Position numbers and translations under genes: made by a program
Source: Pelagimonas sp.
Lineage (GTDB): Bacteria; Pseudomonadota; Alphaproteobacteria; Rhodobacterales; Rhodobacteraceae
Assembly: GCA_049116335.1 (NCBI GenBank)
Contig: JAGDYZ010000020.1
Span: forward strand, 21,794 to 85,793
Length of the DNA: 64,000 bases
Direction: 5' to 3'
In this document: in pieces, positions 31,538-40,476 of the stretch
Numbering within the stretch: the first letter of the stretch is position 1
Layout: every line of letters starts with the position of its first letter
Notes under the pieces: generated by a model
Told to the model about the DNA's origin: nothing
The model's input: the letters and a program-made list of their open reading frames with translations, nothing else
Database searches by the model: none

Positions 31538-31555
31538 CACACATGCGCATGTGTG
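31538..31555. promoter_or_regulatory. perfect 18-nt palindrome CACACATGCGCATGTGTG immediately upstream of soxB
   Basis: Read directly. It lies 28 nt upstream of the soxB ATG at 31510 and is followed by a second hairpin, ATGCCCCG (31574-31581) / CGGGGCAT (31601-31608). Confidence 0.4.
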
Positions 31556-31613
31556 AATTCGTTTTCATGGAAAATGCCCCGCACCACGACATATCGGGCA
31601 CGGGGCATAAATT

Positions 31614-32471
31614 TTAGTTACGAACCGACGGACCTTCGACCGACAGACCGTTGCCGCGTGAAGCGACATAAAGCTCAAGCGCCACAAACTCGGCCGAACC
31701 CGGTTTGTAGGTTTCGGCGCGGGTGTCACGTACGCAGCCTTTAAAGCGCGAATGCACACCATTCAACTTGGCGTTTTTCAGACGATAGGTCGGGAACCCG
31801 TTGATCTGACCCTGGCTGAGATGGTCCGCCCGGATGTAGTTGCCAAAATTCTGCTCGTGGCAGTTGGCACAGGACAGTTCAAGCTGACCGGTCCGGGTGT
31901 AATACAGCTCTTTGCCCTGTTCCCAGGTTGCCGACGCCGGACCATCAATAGCCACATTCATCGGCAGACCGCGCGACACCGAAGCAATCATAGCTTCGAC
32001 ATTGATCGCATCGGCTTTGTCGTATTTCCACGCCTCAGCCCCCATGCGGTTTTCGCGGCAGTCATTCATCTGCATCTGCAGAGTGCGAACTTCACCGGCG
32101 GCCTCGTTCCATTTGGGGTACACTGTACGGATACCCACCATGGACTCCTCAGGGTCGCTATGACAATCCGCACAGGATTTGCCCTCAGAGCCGTCTGCGG
32201 TGTTCCAGACATCCAGTCCCTGCTCAACAAAAAGCATGCCTGGGTTGTCGAAGTCATCCACCTGCAGCGACTGTGTTTCGTCTGTGCGGAAGTGCCAGCC
32301 CGAAATAACTTCATCTACGGCATCAGCCATATGAGCTGGAGCCGCAGTTTTGGTGACGATTGCGATCTCTTCATTCACCACCAATGTGTCGTCATCTGCG
32401 CCGCCTGCGGCCGCGAAAGATGCGCTCAATGTCAGTGCCGAGGCAATCGCCGTCAGTGCCTTAAAATTCAT
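31614..32471 (-). CDS. soxA: dihaem cytochrome c SoxA
   Basis: Signal peptide, CADCH and CANCH haem motifs. Position between soxZ and soxB. Confidence 0.93.
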   Translation of the reverse strand: MNFKALTAIASALTLSASFAAAGGADDDTLVVNEEIAIVTKTAAPAHMADAVDEVISGWHFRTDETQSLQVDDFDNPGMLFVEQGLDVWNTADGSEGKSCADCHSDPEESMVGIRTVYPKWNEAAGEVRTLQMQMNDCRENRMGAEAWKYDKADAINVEAMIASVSRGLPMNVAIDGPASATWEQGKELYYTRTGQLELSCANCHEQNFGNYIRADHLSQGQINGFPTYRLKNAKLNGVHSRFKGCVRDTRAETYKPGSAEFVALELYVASRGNGLSVEGPSVRN

Positions 32472-32529
32472 TCTGTTCCCTCCCTATTGGCGCCCTGCCC
32501 CTCGCGCTGGGGCAGGGTCAAGCCGTCGG

Positions 32530-32859
32530 TTAGCCGATGGCGATCTTCTTGGCGGTGTCGTAGACGGAACCGTCATCGTCATACCAAGTGAACTTGAACT
32601 CACCCTCGGAGGGTACAGTTGCTTGGAATTCGAGATACGGGTTTGTCGAAATCGCAGGTTCCAAAGTCACGTCGATCACGTTTTCACCGTTAAAGTCACA
32701 GGTGAAACGGTTGATGATCGAACGCGGGATGATGTTGCCCGATTTGTCTTTCCGCTGACCCGATTCCATTTTGTGCGAAATCAGGGTTTTGATGGTGATT
32801 GCTTCACCAACAGCGGCTTTTTTCGGGACTTTGACGCGGGGTTTAACACCGGATGCCAT
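32530..32859 (-). CDS. soxZ: thiosulfate oxidation carrier complex protein SoxZ
   Basis: 109 aa starting MASGVKPRVKVPKKAAVGEAITIKTLISHKMESG. Follows soxY. Confidence 0.93.
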   Translation of the reverse strand: MASGVKPRVKVPKKAAVGEAITIKTLISHKMESGQRKDKSGNIIPRSIINRFTCDFNGENVIDVTLEPAISTNPYLEFQATVPSEGEFKFTWYDDDGSVYDTAKKIAIG

Positions 32860-32878
32860 TGTTCAAATCTCCTCTAAC

Positions 32879-33295
32879 TTAGCCGCCGCAGCCGCCAATG
32901 GTGACCTTTACGGTCTTCGACGCGCGGGCAAAGCTGCCATCGGCAAGCTGAGCAATCGCAACCACGTCCTGAGTGCCAGCAAGGCGAATACGAGTCGAGG
33001 CTTCCTGAGCCGCCGCAAGCTTGCCGAACTTGAAGGTCGCGACAGGTGGGGTCGGGTTACCGGCCGCCAGGACCATGATCGCCGTGGCACCCTCTGCAGC
33101 AACCGCGATCGGAACGGTGTTGCCGTTTTCCGCGATTTCAGGTGCGGTCAGCTCGAGGCCCCCGTCCGCAACAGCGGCGCCACCAGTAAATTCGTTGATC
33201 AGATCATCCACAGCCGCATTCGCACGGAACGGCAGGACAGTCATCAGCGCTGCACCGGCTCCAAGAGCCAGCGTTTCGCGACGGGTAAACTCCAT
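32879..33295 (-). CDS. soxY: thiosulfate oxidation carrier protein SoxY
   Basis: Tat signal TRRETLALGAGA. C-terminal swinging arm GGCGG. Confidence 0.95.
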   Translation of the reverse strand: MEFTRRETLALGAGAALMTVLPFRANAAVDDLINEFTGGAAVADGGLELTAPEIAENGNTVPIAVAAEGATAIMVLAAGNPTPPVATFKFGKLAAAQEASTRIRLAGTQDVVAIAQLADGSFARASKTVKVTIGGCGG

Positions 33296-33317
33296 CGTCA
33301 GTCTCCTTGGGTTAAAG

Positions 33318-33797
33318 TCAGCTGTCCTTGAGGGTCATCAAGAACGCGACCACATCTTCGATTTCCTGAGCCGTCAGGACCGGAGGCAAATCGCCCTCTG
33401 CGGCTTTGCCGGTGTAACCATTGCCAGGGCGAATAAATCCGGTGGATTTATAAAACGCAGGCATCACCGACCCTTCAAATGTCATCTTGGCATTGGCCAC
33501 AATCCCGCGCAGCTCGTCTGCCGTGCGATATTCACCGACACCATCCAATGACGGGCCAACTTCGCCATGAAACGGCGAATCGTTCAGCGCGGTGACCGCG
33601 TGACACGAAATGCAATTCCCTTTGGATTTGGTCGCCATAATGATGGCGCCACTTTCGGCGTTTCCGGCAGCGCCGGACAACGAGGCCGCCACTTCACCAT
33701 ATTCGCCATATGCTACATCGCCGGGCGCCACGGTGTCGGCGGCAAATGCCACGCCTGCCGCCAGCGCCGCTGTCGCTGTGATTACAAAAAGCCTCAT
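33318..33797 (-). CDS. soxX: monohaem cytochrome c SoxX
   Basis: Signal peptide MRLFVITATAALAAGVAFA, CISCH haem motif. ATG at 33797 follows GGGAGGAA. Confidence 0.9.
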   Translation of the reverse strand: MRLFVITATAALAAGVAFAADTVAPGDVAYGEYGEVAASLSGAAGNAESGAIIMATKSKGNCISCHAVTALNDSPFHGEVGPSLDGVGEYRTADELRGIVANAKMTFEGSVMPAFYKSTGFIRPGNGYTGKAAEGDLPPVLTAQEIEDVVAFLMTLKDS

Positions 33798-33883
33798 AAT
33801 TCCTCCCATTGGCTTCTTGAACCCCGAAGGGCCCCGTTCGCTGATGTATACCGTAGGCTACCCAACACAGAAGACGCAACAAC

Positions 33884-33907
33884 AAATTCACAGAAATGAA
33901 TTTCTGT
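33884..33907. promoter_or_regulatory. nested inverted repeats in the soxW-soxX intergenic region (candidate SoxR operator and/or soxW terminator)
   Basis: AAATTCA-N6-TGAATTT (33884-33903) overlaps ACAGAAAT-GA-ATTTCTGT (33890-33907). Confidence 0.45.
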
Positions 33908-33912
33908 TGGTT

Positions 33913-34488
33913 TTAGTCAAAACTACCGTTGTTGCGTTCTTGGATCATGCGGGCGTGGTATCTTTGAAAATCCTCTCCGTTATCAAGGAGGTATCGACTT
34001 TCCGCAACCCATGTAAACATGTCCAAAGTGGTCCCTTTTCCAAAGGCGCCCGGCATCACCGCAACCGCGGCCTCAACAGCCGTCTGGCCCTCGGGGATCT
34101 CCTCGGGGAGAAAAACAATGTTGGGTGTGAACATCACCCGCCACTTGCGCGCCATCTCTTTTTCGGGGAGCGATTCTCCGTCAAAATCCACTACCTCGAC
34201 ATCGCCATAGATGTTCATCTGGACGACAAAAAAGTTCTCACCGATATAGTCGGAAATGCCGGGGTCCGAGAACACTTCTTCATGCATTTTGCGGCAATAG
34301 ATACAGCCACGCTGTTCGAAGAAGAGAACCAGACGCTTGCCTTCGGCATTGGCCTCGTCAAGATCTTCCGCCAGATCTTTGAAGGTCTCACGCATCCACG
34401 GCTGTTTGTGCAGCCCATCATCGCCGATCTCGGCCACAGCTGGCAGCGCCATAAGCGCCATTGCGGCACCAAAAATCCAGTGTTTCAT
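33913..34488 (-). CDS. soxW: periplasmic thioredoxin SoxW
   Basis: Signal peptide MKHWIFGAAMALMALPAVA, CIYC redox motif. ATG at 34488 follows GGGAGG. Confidence 0.88.
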   Translation of the reverse strand: MKHWIFGAAMALMALPAVAEIGDDGLHKQPWMRETFKDLAEDLDEANAEGKRLVLFFEQRGCIYCRKMHEEVFSDPGISDYIGENFFVVQMNIYGDVEVVDFDGESLPEKEMARKWRVMFTPNIVFLPEEIPEGQTAVEAAVAVMPGAFGKGTTLDMFTWVAESRYLLDNGEDFQRYHARMIQERNNGSFD

Positions 34489-34501
34489 GTCAAACCTCCC
34501 T

Positions 34502-35230
34502 TTAGACCCAGTTGGGGAACACACGCAGCATCACCTCTGCAATCCAGCCAACGGTATCCGTGGCGACCAGAATCGCGAAGACAATCATCATCACTCCAAG
34601 CGCTTTTTCGACCTTCCCCAAGTGACGCCGGTTACGCTGCATCCAGGCCAGAAAGGGTTGCGCGAACAGGGCTGCGACAACAAATGGCGCGGTCATTCCT
34701 ATGCCAAACGCCCCCAAAAGCGTCGCCCCATGCCACAGCTCCCCCATGCCCGAGGCAATCATCAGGATCGTGGTGAGAATCGGCCCTACACAGGCGGTCC
34801 AGCCAAACCCGAAAGCCAGCCCCATCGCATAGGCCCCAAACAGGGTTTTAGGGTCGGATTTGCTTTCCATACGCGCCTCTCGGTACAGAAACCCGATTTT
34901 GAAGATGCCCAGAAAATGTAGGCCAAACAGGAAAATAAGCGCCGCCGCGACATAGCTAAGCGGCTGTTTCCAATCGGCAAAGGCTTGGCCCAGTGCTGTC
35001 GCGCCAAGCCCCAATAGCATAAAGATGGTCGTCACCCCCAAGGCAAACAAAGCCGCCTGCCCGGCAAGACGCGCCCGTGTGCCGGGGGCAATGCCTGCGT
35101 CATCGCGCAATTCTGCCATTGAAAGTCCGGCCATGTAACATAGATAGAAGGGCACCATCGGCAGAATGCACGGCGTGAAAAAAGCGCCGAACCCGGCGAT
35201 CAACGCGCCGAAATAGGTGACGTCGAACAT
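34502..35230 (-). CDS. soxV: CcdA/DsbD-family membrane thiol-disulfide electron transporter SoxV
   Basis: Six-TM CcdA-like protein with FTPCILP and a second conserved Cys (GWTACVGP). Divergent from soxS. Confidence 0.9.
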   Translation of the reverse strand: MFDVTYFGALIAGFGAFFTPCILPMVPFYLCYMAGLSMAELRDDAGIAPGTRARLAGQAALFALGVTTIFMLLGLGATALGQAFADWKQPLSYVAAALIFLFGLHFLGIFKIGFLYREARMESKSDPKTLFGAYAMGLAFGFGWTACVGPILTTILMIASGMGELWHGATLLGAFGIGMTAPFVVAALFAQPFLAWMQRNRRHLGKVEKALGVMMIVFAILVATDTVGWIAEVMLRVFPNWV

Positions 35231-35249
35231 GAGGGCTCCTTGAAAAAAT

Positions 35250-35268
35250 CACATATTCATATTATGTG
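35250..35268. promoter_or_regulatory. inverted repeat CACATA-N7-TATGTG in the divergent soxV/soxS promoter region (candidate SoxR operator)
   Basis: CACATATTCATATTATGTG read directly. ATTCAT occurs again at 35273-35278. Confidence 0.45.
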
Positions 35269-35298
35269 TTGCATTCATCTACGGTCAATTGGTGCTGC

Positions 35299-35673
35299 AT
35301 GTCTCTGAAAAAATTTATAGCTGCAACAGTTTTGGGGGTCCTACCCCTGTCGGCCCTGGCCGGTGAGGTGCAGCTTGTGATGGTCGAACAACCCGGATGC
35401 GCCTATTGCGCCGCCTGGAAAGATGAGATTGGCCCGGCCTATCCACATACGGCGGAAGGGAAATTTGCGCCACTGATTTTGGCCGACCTTCATATCGGCC
35501 CCCCAGAGGGCACGGATTATGCGCGGCGGGTGAACTTCACGCCTACCTTCATTCTCACCGAGGATGGGCAGGAAATGGCCCGGATCGAGGGCTATCCTGG
35601 CGAAAACTTTTTCTGGCCCATCTTGTCGAACCTGCTTCAGGACCATACAGAGTTTCAACCGCCGACACATTGA
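35299..35673 (+). CDS. soxS: periplasmic thioredoxin-like protein SoxS
   Basis: Signal peptide MSLKKFIAATVLGVLPLSALAG, GCAYC motif. Position upstream of soxR. Confidence 0.85.
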   Translation: MSLKKFIAATVLGVLPLSALAGEVQLVMVEQPGCAYCAAWKDEIGPAYPHTAEGKFAPLILADLHIGPPEGTDYARRVNFTPTFILTEDGQEMARIEGYPGENFFWPILSNLLQDHTEFQPPTH

Positions 35674-35690
35674 CGGGATATCAAGGTACA

Positions 35691-36029
35691 ATGGCACTTC
35701 CGGTACTGCACGACGATCTTTCTGATGACGAGCTTGACAGCATCGTTGACAAGGCGACCACCGCGTCGGCCTTTCTCAAAGCGATCAGCCATGAAGGCCG
35801 ATTGATGATCCTATGCCATTTGGTGTCGGGCGAGAAATCTGTCACCGAGTTGGAAGAGCTTTTGTCTGCCCGTCAGGCCGCCGTCAGCCAACAGCTGTCA
35901 CGCCTGCGTCTTGAGGGCCTGGTGATCCCGCGTCGCGACGGCAAGGCGATCTATTATCGCCTCGCAGATGACAAGCCACGGAAGATGCTGGAATGCGTCT
36001 ACGAGCTTTTCTGCAAAGACAACGAGTGA
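35691..36029 (+). CDS. soxR: ArsR/SmtB-family transcriptional repressor SoxR
   Basis: Winged HTH LKAISHEGRLMILCHL..EKSVTELEELL..RQAAVSQQLSRLRLEGLV..RRDGKAIYYRL. The start is ATG at 35691 or TTG at 35670. Confidence 0.85.
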   Translation: MALPVLHDDLSDDELDSIVDKATTASAFLKAISHEGRLMILCHLVSGEKSVTELEELLSARQAAVSQQLSRLRLEGLVIPRRDGKAIYYRLADDKPRKMLECVYELFCKDNE

Positions 36030-36137
36030 CAGCGCCTCTGTCAGAGCGCGACGATCTATGCCTTGCGGCCCGTCTCAAGCCTTCGCATATTGGGTTGACA
36101 CACACGCCACCTGAACAAGGAGGGTTCGTGCACCCCC

Positions 36138-37190
36138 ATGATGTCTAATGAATTTCTTCTCGTTGCGCTGATCGGCTTATTGGGCGGCATCCTTCTCGGG
36201 CTTGCGGCGCGTCTGGGTCGGTTCTGTACACTCGGTGCAATCGAAGACGTTCTGTATGGTGGCTCAACGCTGAGGTTGCGCATGTGGGGCGTGGCCATTG
36301 GCACCGCCATCCTTGGCAGCTTTGGTCTCATGGCCGCTGGCATACTCGATGGCGCAGAAACCTATTATCTCTCAATCCGCTGGATGCCCCTTGCCTCCAT
36401 TCTTGGCGGGTTGGTGTTTGGCTATGGCATGGCGCTGGCTGGGGGCTGTGGCTACGGCGCCGTGGCCCGGCTTGGCGGTGGCGATCTGCGCAGCTTTGTC
36501 ATCGTGTTGGTCATGGGTGTCTCAACCTTTGTTGTGCTCTGGGGGCCGCTTGGCCCGATCAGAAACGCCCTGTTTCCTCAGATTGATGTCACCACAGAGA
36601 TCCCTCCGGGCATTGCGCATCACCTGAGCAATCTGACCGGGATCGCGATGCCCACAATCGGGTTGAGCATTGGTGCAGTGATCCTCGCCCTCTCCCTCTG
36701 GCATCGAGAGCTATGGCGCAAACCCAAACACATCGGCTGGGCCTTCGCGGTTGGCTTTGCCATCATCCTTGGCTGGGGCGGCACCTCTTGGGTCAACGAA
36801 CAAGGGTTCGAAGCTTTACCAGTGGTTTCACATAGCTTTGCCGCGCCCCTGGGGGAAACACTGCTCTGGTTCATGACCGGATCCGCCCGCCCGATTTCTT
36901 TCGCCGTCGGATCAATCACAGGGGTCTGGATCGGGGCCTTTGTCGGCTCGATGCTCAAAGGGCATTTCCGCTGGGAAGCCTGCGAAGACCCGCGCGAGCT
37001 ACGTCGGCAGATCTTTGGCGCCGCCCTGATGGGCGGTGGCGCGGTACTGGCCCTCGGATGCTCGGTGGGTCAGGGACTTTCGGCGCTCTCGGTTCTGGCG
37101 CTTTCTGCCCCAGTGACGTTTCTCGCTATCTTTGCGGGGGCCGCGATTGGGTTGCGCCAGCTGATCGAAGGCTTCCAACCAGCAGAATAA
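36138..37190 (+). CDS. full-length YeeE/YedE family thiosulfate/sulfur-compound transporter (SoxT-like)
   Basis: 350 aa, polytopic. Three conserved Cys loops (GRFCTLGA, AGGCGYGA, ALGCSVGQG). Adjacent to soxR. Confidence 0.8.
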   Translation: MMSNEFLLVALIGLLGGILLGLAARLGRFCTLGAIEDVLYGGSTLRLRMWGVAIGTAILGSFGLMAAGILDGAETYYLSIRWMPLASILGGLVFGYGMALAGGCGYGAVARLGGGDLRSFVIVLVMGVSTFVVLWGPLGPIRNALFPQIDVTTEIPPGIAHHLSNLTGIAMPTIGLSIGAVILALSLWHRELWRKPKHIGWAFAVGFAIILGWGGTSWVNEQGFEALPVVSHSFAAPLGETLLWFMTGSARPISFAVGSITGVWIGAFVGSMLKGHFRWEACEDPRELRRQIFGAALMGGGAVLALGCSVGQGLSALSVLALSAPVTFLAIFAGAAIGLRQLIEGFQPAE

Positions 37191-37191
37191 A

Positions 37192-37218
37192 ACCCGCGCC
37201 TTGGGACAAGACGCGGGT
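37192..37218. terminator. hairpin between convergent genes (weak terminator candidate)
   Basis: ACCCGCG (37192-37198) / CGCGGGT (37212-37218) with a 13-nt loop and no clear T-run. Confidence 0.35.
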
Positions 37219-37241
37219 CACATCACATGTGTTTACTCGAC

Positions 37242-37853
37242 TTAGGACGCCGGGAATTCGTTCAGTCGCGCCACATAGCGCGCCAGAGTATCAATCTCGA
37301 GGTTGATCAAATCGCCTTCGGCCACCTGCCCCCAAGTTGTCACCTGTTTGGTGTGCGGGATCAGGTTGATACCAAAGGTGTCGCCCTCGACCTCGTTCAC
37401 AGTCAGTGAGGTGCCGTTCAGCGCAACCGACCCTTTGGGCGCGATAAAGCGGGCAAACTCAGCCGGGGCCTGAAAGGTAATGCGGGTGCTGTCGCCCTCG
37501 TCGCGGATCTCGATGATCTTCGCAACTCCATCCACATGACCCGACACAATATGCCCGCCCAACTCGTCGCCGACCTTGAGCGCGCGTTCGAGATTGACCC
37601 GGCGGCCAACAACCCAACCTGAATTGCCGCTGTCGGCGCCAATGTTGGTTTTCGACACACTCTCGGCGCTGATTTCCACGTCGAACCAGTCGTCGCCCAA
37701 GGCAATCACAGTCAGGCAGCAGCCATTGCAGGCGATCGACGCCCCAATGTCGATACCCGCCGTGTCATAGGAGGTTCCAATGCGTGCGCGCAGATCGCCA
37801 CGCTGATCCAATTCGCGGATTTCCCCCAAATCAGTCACAATCCCGGTAAACAT
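37242..37853 (-). CDS. ribE: riboflavin synthase (alpha chain)
   Basis: MFTGIVTDLGEI N-terminus, duplicated lumazine-binding repeats (GASIACNGCCLTV / SVALNGTSLTV). Confidence 0.95.
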   Translation of the reverse strand: MFTGIVTDLGEIRELDQRGDLRARIGTSYDTAGIDIGASIACNGCCLTVIALGDDWFDVEISAESVSKTNIGADSGNSGWVVGRRVNLERALKVGDELGGHIVSGHVDGVAKIIEIRDEGDSTRITFQAPAEFARFIAPKGSVALNGTSLTVNEVEGDTFGINLIPHTKQVTTWGQVAEGDLINLEIDTLARYVARLNEFPAS

Positions 37854-37951
37854 CTCGCGTCCTTTCCCCGCAAATGCGGCGTCATAAAGCCTTAATTTCG
37901 CCGGTATCGACGGTTAATCTCATCTTTAAGGCAAGGACATATGACGGCATC

Positions 37952-39244
37952 ATGAGCAACGCAACCGGTCAGAAACGGGTCTTCCTGTTCCTTCAGGGAC
38001 CACATGGACCTTTCTTCCATCGTCTGGGCAGCATGCTGCGCAAGGCGGGGGCCGAGGTATGGCGCGTTGGATTCAATGCCGGAGACCGGGCCTTTTGGTT
38101 TCATCCTGCATCCTACATTCCGTTTCAGGGCTCAGGCAGCGACTGGCCCGATACCTTTTGCGACCTCGTCGACGAAAAGCAGGTCACCGACATCGTGCTC
38201 TATGGGGATGTGCGCCCGATCCACGCCAGAGCGATTGAGATCGCCAAGGCACGCGGGTTGCAGGTGCACGTCTTTGAAGAGGGCTACATGCGTCCTTATT
38301 GGGTGACCTATGAACGCGGCGGCAGCAACGGTCATTCGCGCCTGATGAAAATGAGCGTGAGCCAGATGCAAAAAGCGCTGGAACAGTCAGACATGGAAAC
38401 CCCCATGCCGCCAGCGGCCTGGGGCGACATGCGTCAGCACATCTTTTATGGCGCGCTGTACCATTGGTTTGTGATGTTCCGTAATGGCGGCTACAAAAAC
38501 TTCCGCCCGCATCGTTCGCTGACTGTTGTGCAAGAGTTTCTTCTGTATCTCAAACGCTTGCTCTTGATGCCCGTGACCTGGGCCGACCGGGTGATTTCCA
38601 CCCTGCGCATCCGGCGCGGTGGTTTCCCCTATCACTTGGCTCTGTTGCAGTTGGAACATGATTCAAGCTTCCAGAAACATTCGCCTTTCTCGACCATGCC
38701 CGAGTTTCTCGAATTGGTCATTCAGGGGTTCGCAGATGGGGCGCCGGGGCATCATCACCTCGTGTTCAAAGCGCACCCGCTTGAAGATGGCCGTGTAAAC
38801 ATGTGCGCCGCCGTGAAAGATTTGGCCAAGAAATACAAAGTGGCAGACCGTGTGCACTATGTGCGCGGCGGCAAGCTGGCTCAGCTTCTCAATGATGCGC
38901 GCACCGCTGTCACCGTCAATTCGACGGCGGCGCAACAGGTGCTGTGGCGGGGTATCCCGCTCAAGGTGTTCGGCGATGCGGTCTATGCCAAGCCGGAATT
39001 TGTCTCGACCCAGCCGCTGAGCCAGTTTTTTGCCACCCCGTCGCGCCCGGACAATCGCGCCTATAAAGAATACCGCCGTTATCTGCTTGAAACCTCGCAG
39101 GTGGCGGGCGGATTTTACTCCTCCCGTGGCCGCCGCCAACTGTTGCGACAGGTGGTTGATTTGATGCTTTCGCCCGATGACCCCTATGACGCGCTGGTGC
39201 GCGGCACCGCGGCTCCGAGGCAACAGTTGCGGGTTGTGCGCTAG
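37952..39244 (+). CDS. kpsS: capsular polysaccharide export/biosynthesis protein KpsS (beta-Kdo transferase family)
   Basis: VFLFLQGPHGPFF N-terminus typical of KpsS/LipB; 430 aa. The ORF-track start at 37874 adds 26 aa with no RBS. Confidence 0.8.
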   Translation: MSNATGQKRVFLFLQGPHGPFFHRLGSMLRKAGAEVWRVGFNAGDRAFWFHPASYIPFQGSGSDWPDTFCDLVDEKQVTDIVLYGDVRPIHARAIEIAKARGLQVHVFEEGYMRPYWVTYERGGSNGHSRLMKMSVSQMQKALEQSDMETPMPPAAWGDMRQHIFYGALYHWFVMFRNGGYKNFRPHRSLTVVQEFLLYLKRLLLMPVTWADRVISTLRIRRGGFPYHLALLQLEHDSSFQKHSPFSTMPEFLELVIQGFADGAPGHHHLVFKAHPLEDGRVNMCAAVKDLAKKYKVADRVHYVRGGKLAQLLNDARTAVTVNSTAAQQVLWRGIPLKVFGDAVYAKPEFVSTQPLSQFFATPSRPDNRAYKEYRRYLLETSQVAGGFYSSRGRRQLLRQVVDLMLSPDDPYDALVRGTAAPRQQLRVVR

Positions 39245-39339
39245 TCCACACAACCCCTAGTACTGGCGTTTTTCGCGAAAAGCCGGTACGTTATCCAAAA
39301 AACTGAGGCAAATAATAATCAGGTCGAGGAGACCGAGCA

Positions 39340-40476
39340 GTGAAAAACACCCCATCTCGATGGGCGCGTTCGATCGCGCTTTTGGCCATGGTGTCCGTTT
39401 TGGCATCCTGTGGCCTGCCCCGGGTTGGCCCGAATAAACGCGAAATCTTTGCGGGATCCGTCCAGCAACAGGGCGACGCGTTCATCGTTTCCGTCAACAA
39501 CCGTGTCACACGCGCCACCGCCGTTGTGCCCGCCCTTGGGTTCAGCGAAGCCTTTATCAATGCGGGCGTCGTTGGATCGGATACCATCCGCCCCGGTGAC
39601 ACCTTGGGCATTTCGGTCTGGGAAAACGTCGACGACCCACTGTTGGGCGGCGCCGATGCTGCAGGACCGGCGATCCTTGAAGAGGTTCAGGTCGACGGCA
39701 ACGGATTTATCTTCATTCCCTACGCAGGCCGCATTCGCGCAGCCGGTAACACGCCAGAACGCGTCCGGAAAATCATCACAGACAAACTGGACGACCAGAC
39801 ACCAGACCCGCAGGTTCAGGTGCGCCGCGTCGCCGGGGATGGCTCGACTGTAAGCCTCGTTGGCTCCGTAGGGGGGCAAGGCGTCTATGCCATCGAACGC
39901 CCAACTCGCACCCTGTCATCTATGCTGGCGCGTGCCGGTGGGGTGACCATCGAGCCCGAGATTGCTCAGGTGACCGTATTGCGTGGTGACAAGTCGGGTA
40001 AGATCTGGTTCCAGGATCTATATCGGAACCCCGAGTTCGACATCGCCCTGCGCGGCGGTGACCGTATTTTGGTTGAGGAAGACACCCGTGCCTTCACCTC
40101 GCTTGGCGCAACCGGCACGCAGGCCCGCGTGCCGTTCGAGAGCCAGAGCATCAGCGCGGTTGAAGCCATCGCCACCGTTGGCGGTCTTGTCTCGACAAGC
40201 GCCGACCCGACCGGCGTTTTTGTTTTCCGCAACGAACCGGCCGAAATCGCGAACCAAGTTCTGGGCCGCACCGACCTGATCGGCGCTCAGCGTCTGATCT
40301 ATGTGCTGGATCTGACCCAACCCAATGGGTTGTTCATGGCGCGGGACTTTGTGATCCGCGATCAGGACACGCTCTATGTGACCGAAGCGCCGTTCACGCA
40401 GTGGAACAAAACCATTTCGGCCCTGACCGGATCGTTGACCGCAGTCAGCTCGGCCACGACCACATTCGGCGGCTGA
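39340..40476 (+). CDS. polysaccharide export outer-membrane/periplasmic protein (Wza/KpsD-like, Poly_export + SLBB)
   Basis: Lipoprotein signal LLAMVSVLASCG. PGDTLGISVWE polysaccharide-export motif. SLBB-like repeats. GTG start after GAGGAG. Confidence 0.8.
   Translation: MKNTPSRWARSIALLAMVSVLASCGLPRVGPNKREIFAGSVQQQGDAFIVSVNNRVTRATAVVPALGFSEAFINAGVVGSDTIRPGDTLGISVWENVDDPLLGGADAAGPAILEEVQVDGNGFIFIPYAGRIRAAGNTPERVRKIITDKLDDQTPDPQVQVRRVAGDGSTVSLVGSVGGQGVYAIERPTRTLSSMLARAGGVTIEPEIAQVTVLRGDKSGKIWFQDLYRNPEFDIALRGGDRILVEEDTRAFTSLGATGTQARVPFESQSISAVEAIATVGGLVSTSADPTGVFVFRNEPAEIANQVLGRTDLIGAQRLIYVLDLTQPNGLFMARDFVIRDQDTLYVTEAPFTQWNKTISALTGSLTAVSSATTTFGG

Noticed and set aside
33610-34776. 388-aa plus-strand ORF spanning soxX, soxW and soxV.
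   Set aside because: It crosses three well-supported minus-strand genes and their intergenic gaps. It is a GC-rich antisense artefact.
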